Notes: a model not told the origin generated them from the letters alone. Shown: positions 39,869 to 49,896, counted from the stretch's first letter. The stretch is DNA of 64,000 bases from Candidatus Micrarchaeia archaeon (GCA_038881595.1 JAVZPM010000001.1:19562-83561); one strand, 5' to 3'. Program-made: numbers and translations.

Positions 39869-41077
39869 TCACTGCGTCTGTTCTTTTATCTTTGTGTAGA
39901 TAACATATATTATTACTGCAAAAGCAAATATACTTATGAAAGTTAACCATGAGAAGCCTTTTGTTGCTTTCTCTATTTCTTTTTCTACTTTAAACGAAAC
40001 ATAGTAGACATTTGAATAATTTGCAGAATTTCCTTGAGAATCTGTAGCGATTATAGTATAATTGATCTCATCATTTCCTTCCATTGATATGGAAGTCTCA
40101 TATCTATCGTTGCCTACGAAAAACATCTTCTGACCTAGCGACTGTGATGTGTTAGAAGTGTAAGAAAGTATTGGGTTTGAAGATATCCCAGATGCATACC
40201 TTCCTCCATCTACAACAACAGCAGAAATATACACCCTATTATTTGCAACTCTTGTCTCTACATCTCGTATTATTGGCGGGGTTAGATCATATCTTAAGAT
40301 AACATTATCTGATGAAATAGTGGTACTTATCTGCTTAGTAATGTTATTTACTGTAACGTAGAAAGTTGGTTTTAAATCAGAGAAAGACTTGAAAACTACG
40401 TAGCTGTTTTCAAGCAATTTTTCTTCTTCTCCGTATCTTATCTTTCCATATAATGAATTTCCATTCTCATCTGTCAAGCTTACTTTAAGATCATATATTG
40501 GAAGAGAAACATAGGTAACTTGCTTAATAGAAGGATTAACTGATGTCTTTGTTGATACTGAACCATACTGAACTGTGAAATCTGATAGCATTGCAGCTGG
40601 CAAAAGTATAAATGCATTTCCTCCGCCATCTGTGGTGTATGTTACATTGAAGGCTGTTACGTTAGCACCCTGAATTGTATTATTTACTGCATTTCTTACG
40701 CTGACTATGTGTGAAATAAAAGGCAGCCAGAGCTGATAGTTTTTGTTTGTCTTATTTACATCACCAATTGTTGAATTGCTATATCCTCCAAAATCAGCAC
40801 GGATTGTATATATTCTTTCTATGCATTTTCCAAATGATTCATCAACCGTATTCATAAATGAGAATGAAACCATTCCGGATTCATTTGTTTTCTTTGTCAG
40901 TTCTGAATGCTCTCCGCATTTGCTTGATTGATATATGACAGTTACAGGAACGTTTTTCATTGGCAATCCGTCTTTAGAATAAACAGTTACATTTATTGAT
41001 TCATGCCAAAAAGCAAAAGCCAAAGATGAGATGAATAATAGAAGCACAAATGTGGTGATTTGCTTTGCCATTAACAC
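39869..41077 (-). CDS. Secreted beta-rich surface protein with C-terminal membrane anchor
   Basis: Signal peptide, repeated transthyretin/Ig-like motifs (KTNESG, TTDGGG), many N-x-S/T sequons, C-terminal TM. Confidence 0.7.
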   Translation of the reverse strand: MLMAKQITTFVLLLFISSLAFAFWHESINVTVYSKDGLPMKNVPVTVIYQSSKCGEHSELTKKTNESGMVSFSFMNTVDESFGKCIERIYTIRADFGGYSNSTIGDVNKTNKNYQLWLPFISHIVSVRNAVNNTIQGANVTAFNVTYTTDGGGNAFILLPAAMLSDFTVQYGSVSTKTSVNPSIKQVTYVSLPIYDLKVSLTDENGNSLYGKIRYGEEEKLLENSYVVFKSFSDLKPTFYVTVNNITKQISTTISSDNVILRYDLTPPIIRDVETRVANNRVYISAVVVDGGRYASGISSNPILSYTSNTSQSLGQKMFFVGNDRYETSISMEGNDEINYTIIATDSQGNSANYSNVYYVSFKVEKEIEKATKGFSWLTFISIFAFAVIIYVIYTKIKEQTQ

Positions 41078-41141
41078 TTACCTCGTTGTGAATCATATTT
41101 TCGTATTATAATATTATATCAGTCAGAATTTTAAATCTTTA

Positions 41142-41771
41142 ATGCAAAGGATTCTCATGGATTTATTAATCATAGCAGAGATCTTCTTTACGGTTTTCCT
41201 TCTTAATGCAAATCCAATATTTACAATTCCTACTTGGATAGTGGTTGCTTTCTTTGCTGGAAAAACAGATCCTGTTCTACTTATTCCAATCATAGTTATT
41301 GCTATATTTGCTTCTGCAATAGGTAGATATGTTCTTGCATCTTACTCTAAAAACATAGGAGACAAGGTGCTTCCGAAGAGACAGAAACGTAATATTGAAT
41401 ATCTCAAAGAATTTTTTATTGAAATCGAGAATCCTAAAATAGCGTTTATAATTGCATTTCTTTATGCTTTAAGCCCTCTTCCAACAAATGCTTTGTTTGT
41501 AGTGGCAGGAATAGCACATCTCAGAATATTGACGCTTATTGGAGGGTTCTTCTTAGGAGAACTCCTTTCTAATATAGTATACATAACTGTGCTGGAAACA
41601 GCGCTTGAGCAAGTTACATTTTCAACATATGAATATCTTCTGATGGGAATCATTGGAGTTGGAATCGCAATAGCAATATTCATTATAGACTGGAAAAAGA
41701 TCATCAAGTCACTTGTTCAAAGAGAACTTGAAAAGAAGAGCCATTCTGCCATAAGAGAGATGTTTAAATAA
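41142..41771 (+). CDS. DedA/VTT-like membrane protein
   Basis: ASAIGRYVL, ALSPLPTNALFVVAG, GFFLG. Confidence 0.6.
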   Translation: MQRILMDLLIIAEIFFTVFLLNANPIFTIPTWIVVAFFAGKTDPVLLIPIIVIAIFASAIGRYVLASYSKNIGDKVLPKRQKRNIEYLKEFFIEIENPKIAFIIAFLYALSPLPTNALFVVAGIAHLRILTLIGGFFLGELLSNIVYITVLETALEQVTFSTYEYLLMGIIGVGIAIAIFIIDWKKIIKSLVQRELEKKSHSAIREMFK

Positions 41772-41786
41772 GAATTAAATTTTAGA

Positions 41787-42347
41787 TTAAAAGAATAAAT
41801 TATTCAAAAGCAATCCGAATAGATAGCATATGATTGCTGTGGCTACAGTTATTCCAGAATAGAACATTCCGGTTTTAATAACATCTTTCTTTATTATGTT
41901 TGCATTATAAGCCCCCAATAAAAATGTAACCAATGCTGCTATTATAACTGCAGATATAAGCGCTTGTTCTAAAGGAAGAAATACAAAGGGAAGACCTATC
42001 AAAATATAGATTATGAATGTCGAAACAAACGTAAGTACGCCGTTTAGAAATAATTCTCCCGTAGTATGAACATGCTGCGTTCTTCCCATTCTTTTCCTCA
42101 TTATCTGAATGTTGCGCTCTGAAACCTGAGAAAGATAGAAGCCTGCAGAATTTCCAAACGAATCAGACAGGCCGAAGATAAGTATAGACAAAACTGCAAG
42201 AAAAGGATCATTTGTAGCAGTCACTATACCTACTGCAGCACCCAATGCGCATATTGAGCCATCTACTAGCCCAAAGGATATGCCTTCCAAACTTGACAAA
42301 ATTTCAGATTTTGTAAAACTTTTTTTAGTTTCACTGAATGATCTCAT
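41787..42347 (-). CDS. VIT1/CCC1-family metal transporter
   Basis: FGLVDG, SDSFGNSAGFYLSQVSE. Confidence 0.8.
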   Translation of the reverse strand: MRSFSETKKSFTKSEILSSLEGISFGLVDGSICALGAAVGIVTATNDPFLAVLSILIFGLSDSFGNSAGFYLSQVSERNIQIMRKRMGRTQHVHTTGELFLNGVLTFVSTFIIYILIGLPFVFLPLEQALISAVIIAALVTFLLGAYNANIIKKDVIKTGMFYSGITVATAIICYLFGLLLNNLFF

Positions 42348-42421
42348 GATCTACATTTGCATTGAATATTTAAAAGCTTTAAACTACATTATAGAATAGT
42401 GCATTCATATAAAGTGATAGC

Positions 42422-43114
42422 TTGAAGATTATAAATCCAAAATTAAAAATAAAAAATGTAAAGGAAAATATTACTGCTAAGATAAGTACCAAATTAAAAA
42501 ATGTTAAAAATGTAAAATTCAAAAAACCATATACTGACAATCGATTCATACTACTTTCTATTCTTACATCCGCCCCAATAACTTCAGTCTTTCTAGCATA
42601 TTTCTTTTCATTCCATTCTCCTTATGGGACAGGCATGATAAGTCCTTTAAGCTCTTTCTTACTTGCAGGTGTTTTCTTCTCTTTGCTTCCAGGAATGGCA
42701 ATACTCTACTACAGCAGGAAAGGAAAGGTTGATGTTGAATTATCTGAAAGAGAATCTAGGACTCGCTTCTATTTAATGGCTGCAATACTCCAGTTGATTG
42801 CTGCTATTATATTCTATACATTTGAACATAAAATAATGTTCATAACTTCAATTGCATATGCAGTTGCAACAATACTTATGATGTTGATAAATCTAAAATG
42901 GAAGATAAGTGCACATGCAAGTGGTATTGCTGGTCCAGTAACTGCACTTTATGTTGTCTATGGAGAAATAGCACTTCCTCTCTATCTTTTACTTATTCCT
43001 ATTTTTGCACTTAGATATAAAGTAAAAGCACATACTATATGGCAGTTGATAGCTGGTTCTGTTTTATCTATAATTGTTACTTATACTATATTCAGCTTAA
43101 TGCTATCTGCATAG
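42422..43114 (+). CDS. PAP2-like membrane protein
   Basis: WKISAH, R..VKAHTIWQLIAG. Confidence 0.7.
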   Translation: MKIINPKLKIKNVKENITAKISTKLKNVKNVKFKKPYTDNRFILLSILTSAPITSVFLAYFFSFHSPYGTGMISPLSSFLLAGVFFSLLPGMAILYYSRKGKVDVELSERESRTRFYLMAAILQLIAAIIFYTFEHKIMFITSIAYAVATILMMLINLKWKISAHASGIAGPVTALYVVYGEIALPLYLLLIPIFALRYKVKAHTIWQLIAGSVLSIIVTYTIFSLMLSA

Positions 43115-43134
43115 AAATATTAGAGTTTATATTA

Positions 43135-43347
43135 CTATTCAACTTCTATAATCTTCTCTCTTGAAAATGCTCCTTTCAAGAGATTTACAGGTTTATGAAA
43201 GTATTCCTCTAACATTTTGATTACTTTAAGTGTTGCTTTTCCCTTCTCTGGCTTCTCTTTTACTCTTACAGTTATTATTCCGTTTTCCCTATCCTTTATT
43301 ATTTCTTCTCTCTTAGAATTAGGAATGACCTTTACCTTGAATTTCAT
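43135..43347 (-). CDS. DUF167 (UPF0235/YggU) protein
   Basis: VKVIPNSK, PEKGKA, GAFSREK. Confidence 0.85.
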   Translation of the reverse strand: MKFKVKVIPNSKREEIIKDRENGIITVRVKEKPEKGKATLKVIKMLEEYFHKPVNLLKGAFSREKIIEVE

Positions 43348-43370
43348 ATGTACACCAGAATAAAAAGAAA

Positions 43371-43610
43371 TTATAAATGAAATATCTGATCAAGTAAGCC
43401 TTTCAATATAAACATTGCTCCGATTATTATCAGAAATCCAGGACATACAAGACCGAGATCAATAAGTCCGACTGTGACTGCATACCAAAGAACCCCTATC
43501 AAAAGAATAATAAGTCCTGCCCAAACAAGACTCTCATTCTTTCTCCTTCTCCAACTCTTGTCCCATGCCTTACCCCATTTCTCCCAGTCAAATTCTTCAT
43601 CCTTTGCCAT
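43371..43610 (-). CDS. Small two-TM membrane protein
   Basis: MAKDEEFDWEKWG..WAGLIILLIGVLW; the longer ORF-track start overlaps dus antisense. Confidence 0.6.
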   Translation of the reverse strand: MAKDEEFDWEKWGKAWDKSWRRRKNESLVWAGLIILLIGVLWYAVTVGLIDLGLVCPGFLIIIGAMFILKGLLDQIFHL

Positions 43611-43683
43611 AAGAATCACAGATATAATTTGAGAAATATATTTAAAACAATTGTGATTACTATCAGATATAAATAGTGAGCAA

Positions 43684-44592
43684 ATGAAGATTGCTAGATT
43701 CTCTCTTGCGCCAATACACGAATATACAAATGCCGCATTTAGACTTATTAGCGAGCGACACAAATGTAAAATGACGTTTGTTCCGCTAGTCAACGTTACT
43801 GCTGTCTCAAAAGGAAAATTTATTCCATTCATAAGTGAAGAAGAAAAAAACGTAACAGTTCAGCTTTCAGGATCAAAACCAGATGAATTTAAAGAAGCTA
43901 TCAAAGTAATCGAAAAGAAGTATCCGTTTATAAAGGGATTCAACATAAATGCCGGCTGCCCTTCACATACTACAATGAAAACAGGTGCTGGAAGCGCTCT
44001 TATGAAAAATTATCACCTCCTCTTTCAAATAATTAAGGAGTGCAAAAAAGAAACAACTCTTCCTGTTTCAGTTAAGACAAGAATTTTTAGTGAAAAGGAA
44101 AAAACGATTGAATTCTATAAAGGTATAGAAGATTCAGGTGCTGATTTTCTTATTGTTCATGGAAGAACTGTAAAACAAGGGTATTCAGGAAATGTCGATT
44201 GGAATATCATAAAAACAGCAAATGAGGAGATGGAAATACCTGTAGTTGGAAATGGCAATGTGAGAAATCTTGAAGAAGGAAAAGAAAAAATAAAAAATGG
44301 ATTTTGCAGTGGGATAATGATCGGAAGGGCTGCGCTTCAAAACCCAAGAGTATTTGAAGGTAAGAATGAACTTACGAATAGAGAGAGAATTGAAACAGCT
44401 CTAGAATATTATAAAATATGTGAAAATCTAGGTTTAATAGACCTAAATAACATAAAATTAGTCTACTCTCAAATTTTTAAAGGAATGAAGAATGCAAGTA
44501 AATTAAGAGAAGAAATTATGAAATCAAAATCTATTGAGAAGATTAAAGATTTATTAGATGAATTAGAAAAAAATGGGGACACATGGATTTAA
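43684..44592 (+). CDS. dus: tRNA-dihydrouridine synthase
   Basis: NINAGCP, PVSVKTR, VHGRT, GNGNV, MIGRAA. Confidence 0.92.
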   Translation: MKIARFSLAPIHEYTNAAFRLISERHKCKMTFVPLVNVTAVSKGKFIPFISEEEKNVTVQLSGSKPDEFKEAIKVIEKKYPFIKGFNINAGCPSHTTMKTGAGSALMKNYHLLFQIIKECKKETTLPVSVKTRIFSEKEKTIEFYKGIEDSGADFLIVHGRTVKQGYSGNVDWNIIKTANEEMEIPVVGNGNVRNLEEGKEKIKNGFCSGIMIGRAALQNPRVFEGKNELTNRERIETALEYYKICENLGLIDLNNIKLVYSQIFKGMKNASKLREEIMKSKSIEKIKDLLDELEKNGDTWI

Positions 44593-44593
44593 A

Positions 44594-45205
44594 CTAAATA
44601 ACTTCGCGTGAAGTCAAGAACTTCATTAGCGTATTTTTCTTATGTGGTATTTGAATAGCTGGGTAAATAAATCTCTTTACAAATTCTATATTCTTTTTCG
44701 ACACGTAAAATTCGATATTATATGCCCTATCATAATAGACGCCTACATAACAACCGAGAATTTTCTCAATTTTTTGTTTTAGTTTCTCTTGCTTTATGCT
44801 GTCTGTTATTTTTATTCTGCATTGTGGATGCTTTGGACGCTTTATACAGATATTGCCATCACCATCAATCAACCCGGCAAGATAACTTCCGAATAAACTA
44901 TTATCTGAAAAAATCCATTTTGGAAGAAATCCCTTCTTAATGCCCAAGGAATTGAAAAGTGTCGCGCTTCTTTTTATGCTAGTTTGAAGATAATATATTT
45001 CCTGTCTCCTTCTTTTTTGTATTTTTGTCCATTTGCCGAACTGTGTTTGTAAGATAGTTTGAACTCTTTGAATCATTGGCAGAGACTTCTCACTAACATT
45101 AAAAACAATTCTTAAATAGTTCTTATTACTTTTCTTATCATGAAACGTATAAATGTATCCGTCACTATGAAGTACTCCGATAAAATATGCGATATCGCTA
45201 TTCAC
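44594..45205 (-). CDS. Free-standing two-motif LAGLIDADG homing-endonuclease-family protein
   Basis: IAYFIGVLHSDG and SYLAGLIDGDG motifs; likely GTG start at 45205 just 3' of tRNA-Trp. Confidence 0.85.
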   Translation of the reverse strand: MNSDIAYFIGVLHSDGYIYTFHDKKSNKNYLRIVFNVSEKSLPMIQRVQTILQTQFGKWTKIQKRRRQEIYYLQTSIKRSATLFNSLGIKKGFLPKWIFSDNSLFGSYLAGLIDGDGNICIKRPKHPQCRIKITDSIKQEKLKQKIEKILGCYVGVYYDRAYNIEFYVSKKNIEFVKRFIYPAIQIPHKKNTLMKFLTSREVI

Positions 45206-45226
45206 ACTGATCACTAAAAATATTAG

Positions 45227-45338
45227 TGGGGCTAGCGAGATTTGAACTCGCACCTTTAGGTTTCTTCATATCATCGCTTTCTAGCTCAGCGCTCCATTTT
45301 CTGGAGCCTAACGCGCTGCCTGGTTACGCCATAGCCCC
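45227..45338 (-). tRNA. tRNA-Trp(CCA) with 39-nt intron (45262-45300)
   Basis: Acceptor GGGGCTA/TAGCCCC, TTAGG-CTCCAG|intron|A-CCTAA, GCGAG-TTCAAAT-CTCGC. Confidence 0.95.
45262..45300 (-). ncRNA. Putative intron-encoded minimal box C/D guide RNA targeting tRNA-Trp C34
   Basis: AAAA-TGGAGC-G-CTGA-GCTAGAAA-GCGATGA-TATGAAGAA; D+5 nucleotide pairs with C34. Confidence 0.65.
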
Positions 45339-45371
45339 TTCAATAAATATAAGCTAAATAAAATTTTTAAT

Positions 45372-46769
45372 TTATCTTTTTAGAGATTGTTTTGGATTTT
45401 GTTCTGCTATGTAGTGTACGATTTTATCAAGCGCCTCTTTAAGATACCCTTGTTTTAATCTAAGTGCAGCTGCTGCCTTATGTCCTCCACCTGATTCTAT
45501 AACGTTAAGCATTTCACTTTTCAATTTTGAAATTGCTTTTGAAAGATCTAATCCAAATTCAAGCGCTGCCTGATTCAATCTGAAGCTAATATTCCTTCCG
45601 GTATAAACTATTGTAACTGTTGGGGTTTTTCTATTTCCTAATAAATCTGCCATTATGTTTGCTGCCAAACCTTTATTTGGATATGAACCTTTCTTTATAT
45701 GCTTTGTAACATCGACAAAGAAAAAGGTTATTCCATTTATTGTCTTTGATTTAGTGGTGTTCTTTGCTTTTTCCAGAAAAGTTTGAATCTTTTCCTGAGA
45801 TTGTGCATAAGCAAAATCCAACATTTCTTCATCTTCTATCGCCTTTGCATATTGTGCAATATTATTTTCATACGCAGATGTACCTATGAAATAACCTACT
45901 GCTTCTGCGTTTTTAAGATCAGATTTTGTAGGACTATATATCTTACTTCTATCTGCAGTTAAAGAGATCCTAATTAGATTGTCAGCTATTTTTTTATTGA
46001 TGTTTCCTATCTTCTTTGCTATTTCTGTTGCTAATAATCCTGCAGTATATGAAGATGGATTTTTTATATTAAATAACCATGGAGAAACGATAGCTTCAAA
46101 TAATTCTTTCATAGCAGGTTTTTGTGGAGGGTGATGATCTATAACAAGAATTGAAAATCCATAATCCTTAGCAAGTCTATAAGCTTCTTCGCTTTCAGGA
46201 TTAAAACCAAAATCAACTGTCACCAATACTGGAGGAAGATGTTTTGCCTCTAAATTCTCTATATATCGTCTATCCTCTTCGAAATCTAATCTATTATAAA
46301 ATGGAAATTGCTGAGATATGAATTTTATATTATAATAATCTTTTAATGCATAAAAAAGAGAAACTGCGCCCGTTAGACCATCTTGATCTGTATCATATCT
46401 TATGATTATAGGTCTTTTAAGTACGCAAGCTTCTTTTATATATTTAGCAGCATCATAAATAGAAGATGATAACATTTCCATATCTTGATTTTCAAAAAAG
46501 AATTTAGTGTTCTTTGGTTTTGATTTTTCTTTTATGAAATTGAGAATAGAATTCATCTCATTTTTCTCTGGTTTTTGAACGAATTCAATCTTGGTTGGGT
46601 GAATTTCAACTGTGTCTTCATCTATTTTTATTATATCTCCTACTATATCAAACCAGGACCCTGGAGACAACTCTCTGTTTGTTTTTATAATTGCATTTCC
46701 TTTTGAGGTTATAGCAAAATGAAATGTATTTTTCTCCGCTTTTTTTGCGTAAAGTATATAACTAAGCAT
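45372..46769 (-). CDS. DHH-family phosphoesterase (RecJ-like) with N-terminal OB-like region
   Basis: DTDQDG, VDFG, IDHH, GGGH. Confidence 0.85.
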   Translation of the reverse strand: MLSYILYAKKAEKNTFHFAITSKGNAIIKTNRELSPGSWFDIVGDIIKIDEDTVEIHPTKIEFVQKPEKNEMNSILNFIKEKSKPKNTKFFFENQDMEMLSSSIYDAAKYIKEACVLKRPIIIRYDTDQDGLTGAVSLFYALKDYYNIKFISQQFPFYNRLDFEEDRRYIENLEAKHLPPVLVTVDFGFNPESEEAYRLAKDYGFSILVIDHHPPQKPAMKELFEAIVSPWLFNIKNPSSYTAGLLATEIAKKIGNINKKIADNLIRISLTADRSKIYSPTKSDLKNAEAVGYFIGTSAYENNIAQYAKAIEDEEMLDFAYAQSQEKIQTFLEKAKNTTKSKTINGITFFFVDVTKHIKKGSYPNKGLAANIMADLLGNRKTPTVTIVYTGRNISFRLNQAALEFGLDLSKAISKLKSEMLNVIESGGGHKAAAALRLKQGYLKEALDKIVHYIAEQNPKQSLKR

Positions 46770-46842
46770 GCAGATATATCTATGTAAATGATTTTATATG
46801 TTCCTCTCTCTTAAGTTATGTATCTAACAATATGGTGTACAT

Positions 46843-47751
46843 ATGTCTATTAAATCTCGAATTTTTAATAAAGGAAGTATTCCAGTAGAACTATTTGATT
46901 TAAACGTGACATTGAGCAGTGGACAGGTTTTCGGTTGGAAAAGAATGGGTGAATGGTGGATTGGCGAGATTTATGGAAATATTGTAAAATTAAGGCAAAA
47001 ATCAAACAGATTAGAATTCGAGTTGTTATATGGCAAAGAAAGAAATATTAAAAAGCAGATAAAGAAATATTTCACTTTAGACATCTCTTCAAAAAAAATC
47101 AAGGATATTTATGTCGAACTTTCTAAAGATAGAATACTAAAAAACGCAATAAAAGAATTCAAAGGACTTAGAATCATCAGACAAGAACCATGGTACTGTA
47201 CTGCAACATTTGTGTGCAGCAGCTTTTCAAACATTCCTAGAATAGAAAAAATGATTGAAAAAATAAAAGAAACGCATGGAACAGAAATAAACAAAGAACA
47301 ACGACTATATCTATTTCCATCTATAAAAGATATAAGAAAATCTGATTTGTCCAAGCTAAGAAAATGTGGCCTTGGATTTAGAGATAAATACTTACATGAA
47401 ATAGCAAAAAGAACTTCTGAAAAATGGTTTAAAGAAATCGAAAAGAAAGAATATAAAACTGGAAAAGAAAAATTAACTAGATTGCCAGGTGTAGGAGAAA
47501 AGGTTGCAGACTGCATTTTGTTGTTTGGCTATGGAAAAGGAGAGGCATTTCCGATAGATGTATGGATAGGTAGGATTATGAAGAAGTTGTATAACAAAGA
47601 GATAAAAAATTATCTTGAAAAAAACGGAAGAAAAACAGATAAAATAACAGATAAAGATATTAGAGAATTTGCAATGCATAAATGGAATGGAAATGCAGGA
47701 CTGGCACAACAATTCCTTTATATGTATGCAAGAAAGCATAAAATAAGATGA
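46843..47751 (+). CDS. ogg1: 8-oxoguanine DNA glycosylase (OGG1-type HhH-GPD)
   Basis: TLSSGQVFGW, GLRIIRQEPW, LPGVGEKVADC, FPIDVW, GLAQQFL. Confidence 0.88.
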   Translation: MSIKSRIFNKGSIPVELFDLNVTLSSGQVFGWKRMGEWWIGEIYGNIVKLRQKSNRLEFELLYGKERNIKKQIKKYFTLDISSKKIKDIYVELSKDRILKNAIKEFKGLRIIRQEPWYCTATFVCSSFSNIPRIEKMIEKIKETHGTEINKEQRLYLFPSIKDIRKSDLSKLRKCGLGFRDKYLHEIAKRTSEKWFKEIEKKEYKTGKEKLTRLPGVGEKVADCILLFGYGKGEAFPIDVWIGRIMKKLYNKEIKNYLEKNGRKTDKITDKDIREFAMHKWNGNAGLAQQFLYMYARKHKIR

Positions 47752-47785
47752 TTTATTACTATCAATCTTTTGATTATAGGTTGCG

Positions 47786-48616
47786 TCATCTTACATATTG
47801 TTTTAACCATGCTTCAATCTTGTTTAAGATGTAGTTTCTTGTTTTTCTATCTGAAAGCAACTCCATACCGTGCATCTCTCCATCCAAAAAATCAACACAT
47901 ATGTTTGGTGATCCACAGAGCTTCTGGATATGCTGGGTACTTACAAAAGAATATTGATCCCCTTTACTAGCAAAAATAAAAATTGGCACTTTTATGTCTG
48001 GGATGGAGTAATCTATTTTAACTCCTCTGTAATCTATACCTGGAGAAAGAAGTATTGCGGTTTTTATCTGTGGATCCATTGCCAAATAATTCAGTGCTAC
48101 ATTTGCACCTATACTTGCCCCAATTATACCTATTGCTTTTGTTTTGTGAGCTGCAAGAAATTCCTTTGCTGCTTTTGCATCATAAACCATATTTGCAAAG
48201 TCTTTAGATCTGAAAGATTGCCAATTCAATGCGCTACCGCCGTGCCCTCTATAATCGACTGCTACCGCTTTATATCCTAATTTGCATACAAATTGAGCTA
48301 AACTATCCATTGATTCTTTAGTCTTTCCTAAAACTGGAAGGAGTATTATTCCTTTATCAGTATTTGGAGTATCATAAAAGTTTAGTTTTATATCAACACC
48401 ATCTGGAGTTATTACTTCAAATTGCTTTGGTGAAATGCCCTTGCTTAGTTTTATTTGGCTTAAAATCTTTTTCTCTTTTAGATTCTTTATTTTTGGTAAT
48501 TTTGAAGAAATCTTAGCTCTTATATTCTTTATGATATGTTTTATCTTATGGTGCTTCTTCTTTGAATTATTCTTCTTTTTCCCCAATTTAATTTTTTTTA
48601 ATAATCCTTTTACCAT
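47786..48616 (-). CDS. Alpha/beta hydrolase with Lys-rich N-terminus
   Basis: DYRGHGGS, nucleophile elbow GASIG, Asp (GD) and His (HG). Confidence 0.85.
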   Translation of the reverse strand: MVKGLLKKIKLGKKKNNSKKKHHKIKHIIKNIRAKISSKLPKIKNLKEKKILSQIKLSKGISPKQFEVITPDGVDIKLNFYDTPNTDKGIILLPVLGKTKESMDSLAQFVCKLGYKAVAVDYRGHGGSALNWQSFRSKDFANMVYDAKAAKEFLAAHKTKAIGIIGASIGANVALNYLAMDPQIKTAILLSPGIDYRGVKIDYSIPDIKVPIFIFASKGDQYSFVSTQHIQKLCGSPNICVDFLDGEMHGMELLSDRKTRNYILNKIEAWLKQYVR

Positions 48617-48669
48617 GATTTCACCCTAATATCGAATTACAGTTATAAAATGAAAATTAAAATTTACAG

Positions 48670-49896
48670 CTATTTTGAACCCAATAATTTCTCCAATCTA
48701 TCCATTGCTTCTTCTATCAACTTCATATTTGTTGCATAACTCAACCTTACAAATCCCTCACCTTTATAACCAAACTCTATACCAGGTATTGTAATTACCT
48801 TTACTTTGTCAAGTAACCAGAAAGAGAATTTCTCTGAAGAACCATCTTTATATAGGTATTTTTCCAATTCATCGAATCGTATTTTTGGAAATATATAGAA
48901 TGCACCTTCTGGAATTTTCTTAAGCTCAAATCCTTTTATTTCGTTTATTCTTTTAGTTATGAACCTTCTCCTTTTATCATACTCTCTTGTCATCTCTTTT
49001 ACACAACTCTGCGGTCCTTTAAGAGCTGCTAATGCTGCACGCTGGGAGATAGAAGATGCTGAAACTGATGTATAAAGATGAATTTTAGACATCTGAGATA
49101 TTAGTTTTTCGTGTCCTACTACATAACCTATTCTAAATCCTGCCATTGCATATGATTTTGAAAATGTGAAATTCGAAAGTACATACTCCTCCATTCCGTT
49201 AAGAGAAGCAATTGAAAAATGCTTTTTCCCATTAAAGACCAAATCCTCGTATGCCTCATCGCTTATTATCATGAGATTGTGCTCAACTGCAATATCTGCA
49301 AGTTCTTCGAGTTTTGATTTTGAGAATACTGATCCAGTTGGATTTGATGGAGAATTTATTATTATACCTTTTGTTCTTGGTGTTATCTTCTTTTTTATTT
49401 CATCTAAATTCAAATCAAACCCATCGTCTTCAAAAAGGTAATATGGAACGGGAACCACATCTACCGTTTCTAAAGTTGGACCATAAGTTGCAAAGCCAGG
49501 ATTTGGAATCAAAACTTTTTCAGTAGAATCAAATGAACATAACATAGAAAGAAGTAAAGATTCTGTTGAACCTGCAGTTACGCATATCTGTTTTGTTGGA
49601 TCGTCCAGCTTTATGTTGTTTTTTCTCCTCAGTTTCTTTCCAATTTCTTCTAAAAGATCAGGGTACCCTGCAGTAGGAGCATAATGAGTATAGTTATCAT
49701 CTAATGCCTTTTTTGCTGCTTCCTTGATATGCTTAGGAGTTTCGAAGTCTGGCTCTCCAGGGCCTAAAGATATTATATTCTTTCCTTTAAGCCCTATGAA
49801 CTTAGAAAAAATAGAATGAGGTAGATCTGAGATTCTCTCTGAAATAAAATGAATTTTAGAAATCAACTTTTTAGAATCAATGACCTTTTTTGGCAT
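48670..49896 (-). CDS. PLP-dependent aminotransferase class I/II
   Basis: GEPDF, NSPSNPTG, SDEAY, FSKSYAMAGFRIG. Confidence 0.93.
   Translation of the reverse strand: MPKKVIDSKKLISKIHFISERISDLPHSIFSKFIGLKGKNIISLGPGEPDFETPKHIKEAAKKALDDNYTHYAPTAGYPDLLEEIGKKLRRKNNIKLDDPTKQICVTAGSTESLLLSMLCSFDSTEKVLIPNPGFATYGPTLETVDVVPVPYYLFEDDGFDLNLDEIKKKITPRTKGIIINSPSNPTGSVFSKSKLEELADIAVEHNLMIISDEAYEDLVFNGKKHFSIASLNGMEEYVLSNFTFSKSYAMAGFRIGYVVGHEKLISQMSKIHLYTSVSASSISQRAALAALKGPQSCVKEMTREYDKRRRFITKRINEIKGFELKKIPEGAFYIFPKIRFDELEKYLYKDGSSEKFSFWLLDKVKVITIPGIEFGYKGEGFVRLSYATNMKLIEEAMDRLEKLLGSK

Noticed and set aside
45206..45253. LAGLIDADG ORF starting inside tRNA-Trp or encoded by its intron
   Set aside because: The intron is only 39 nt and the tRNA is complete upstream of the likely GTG start
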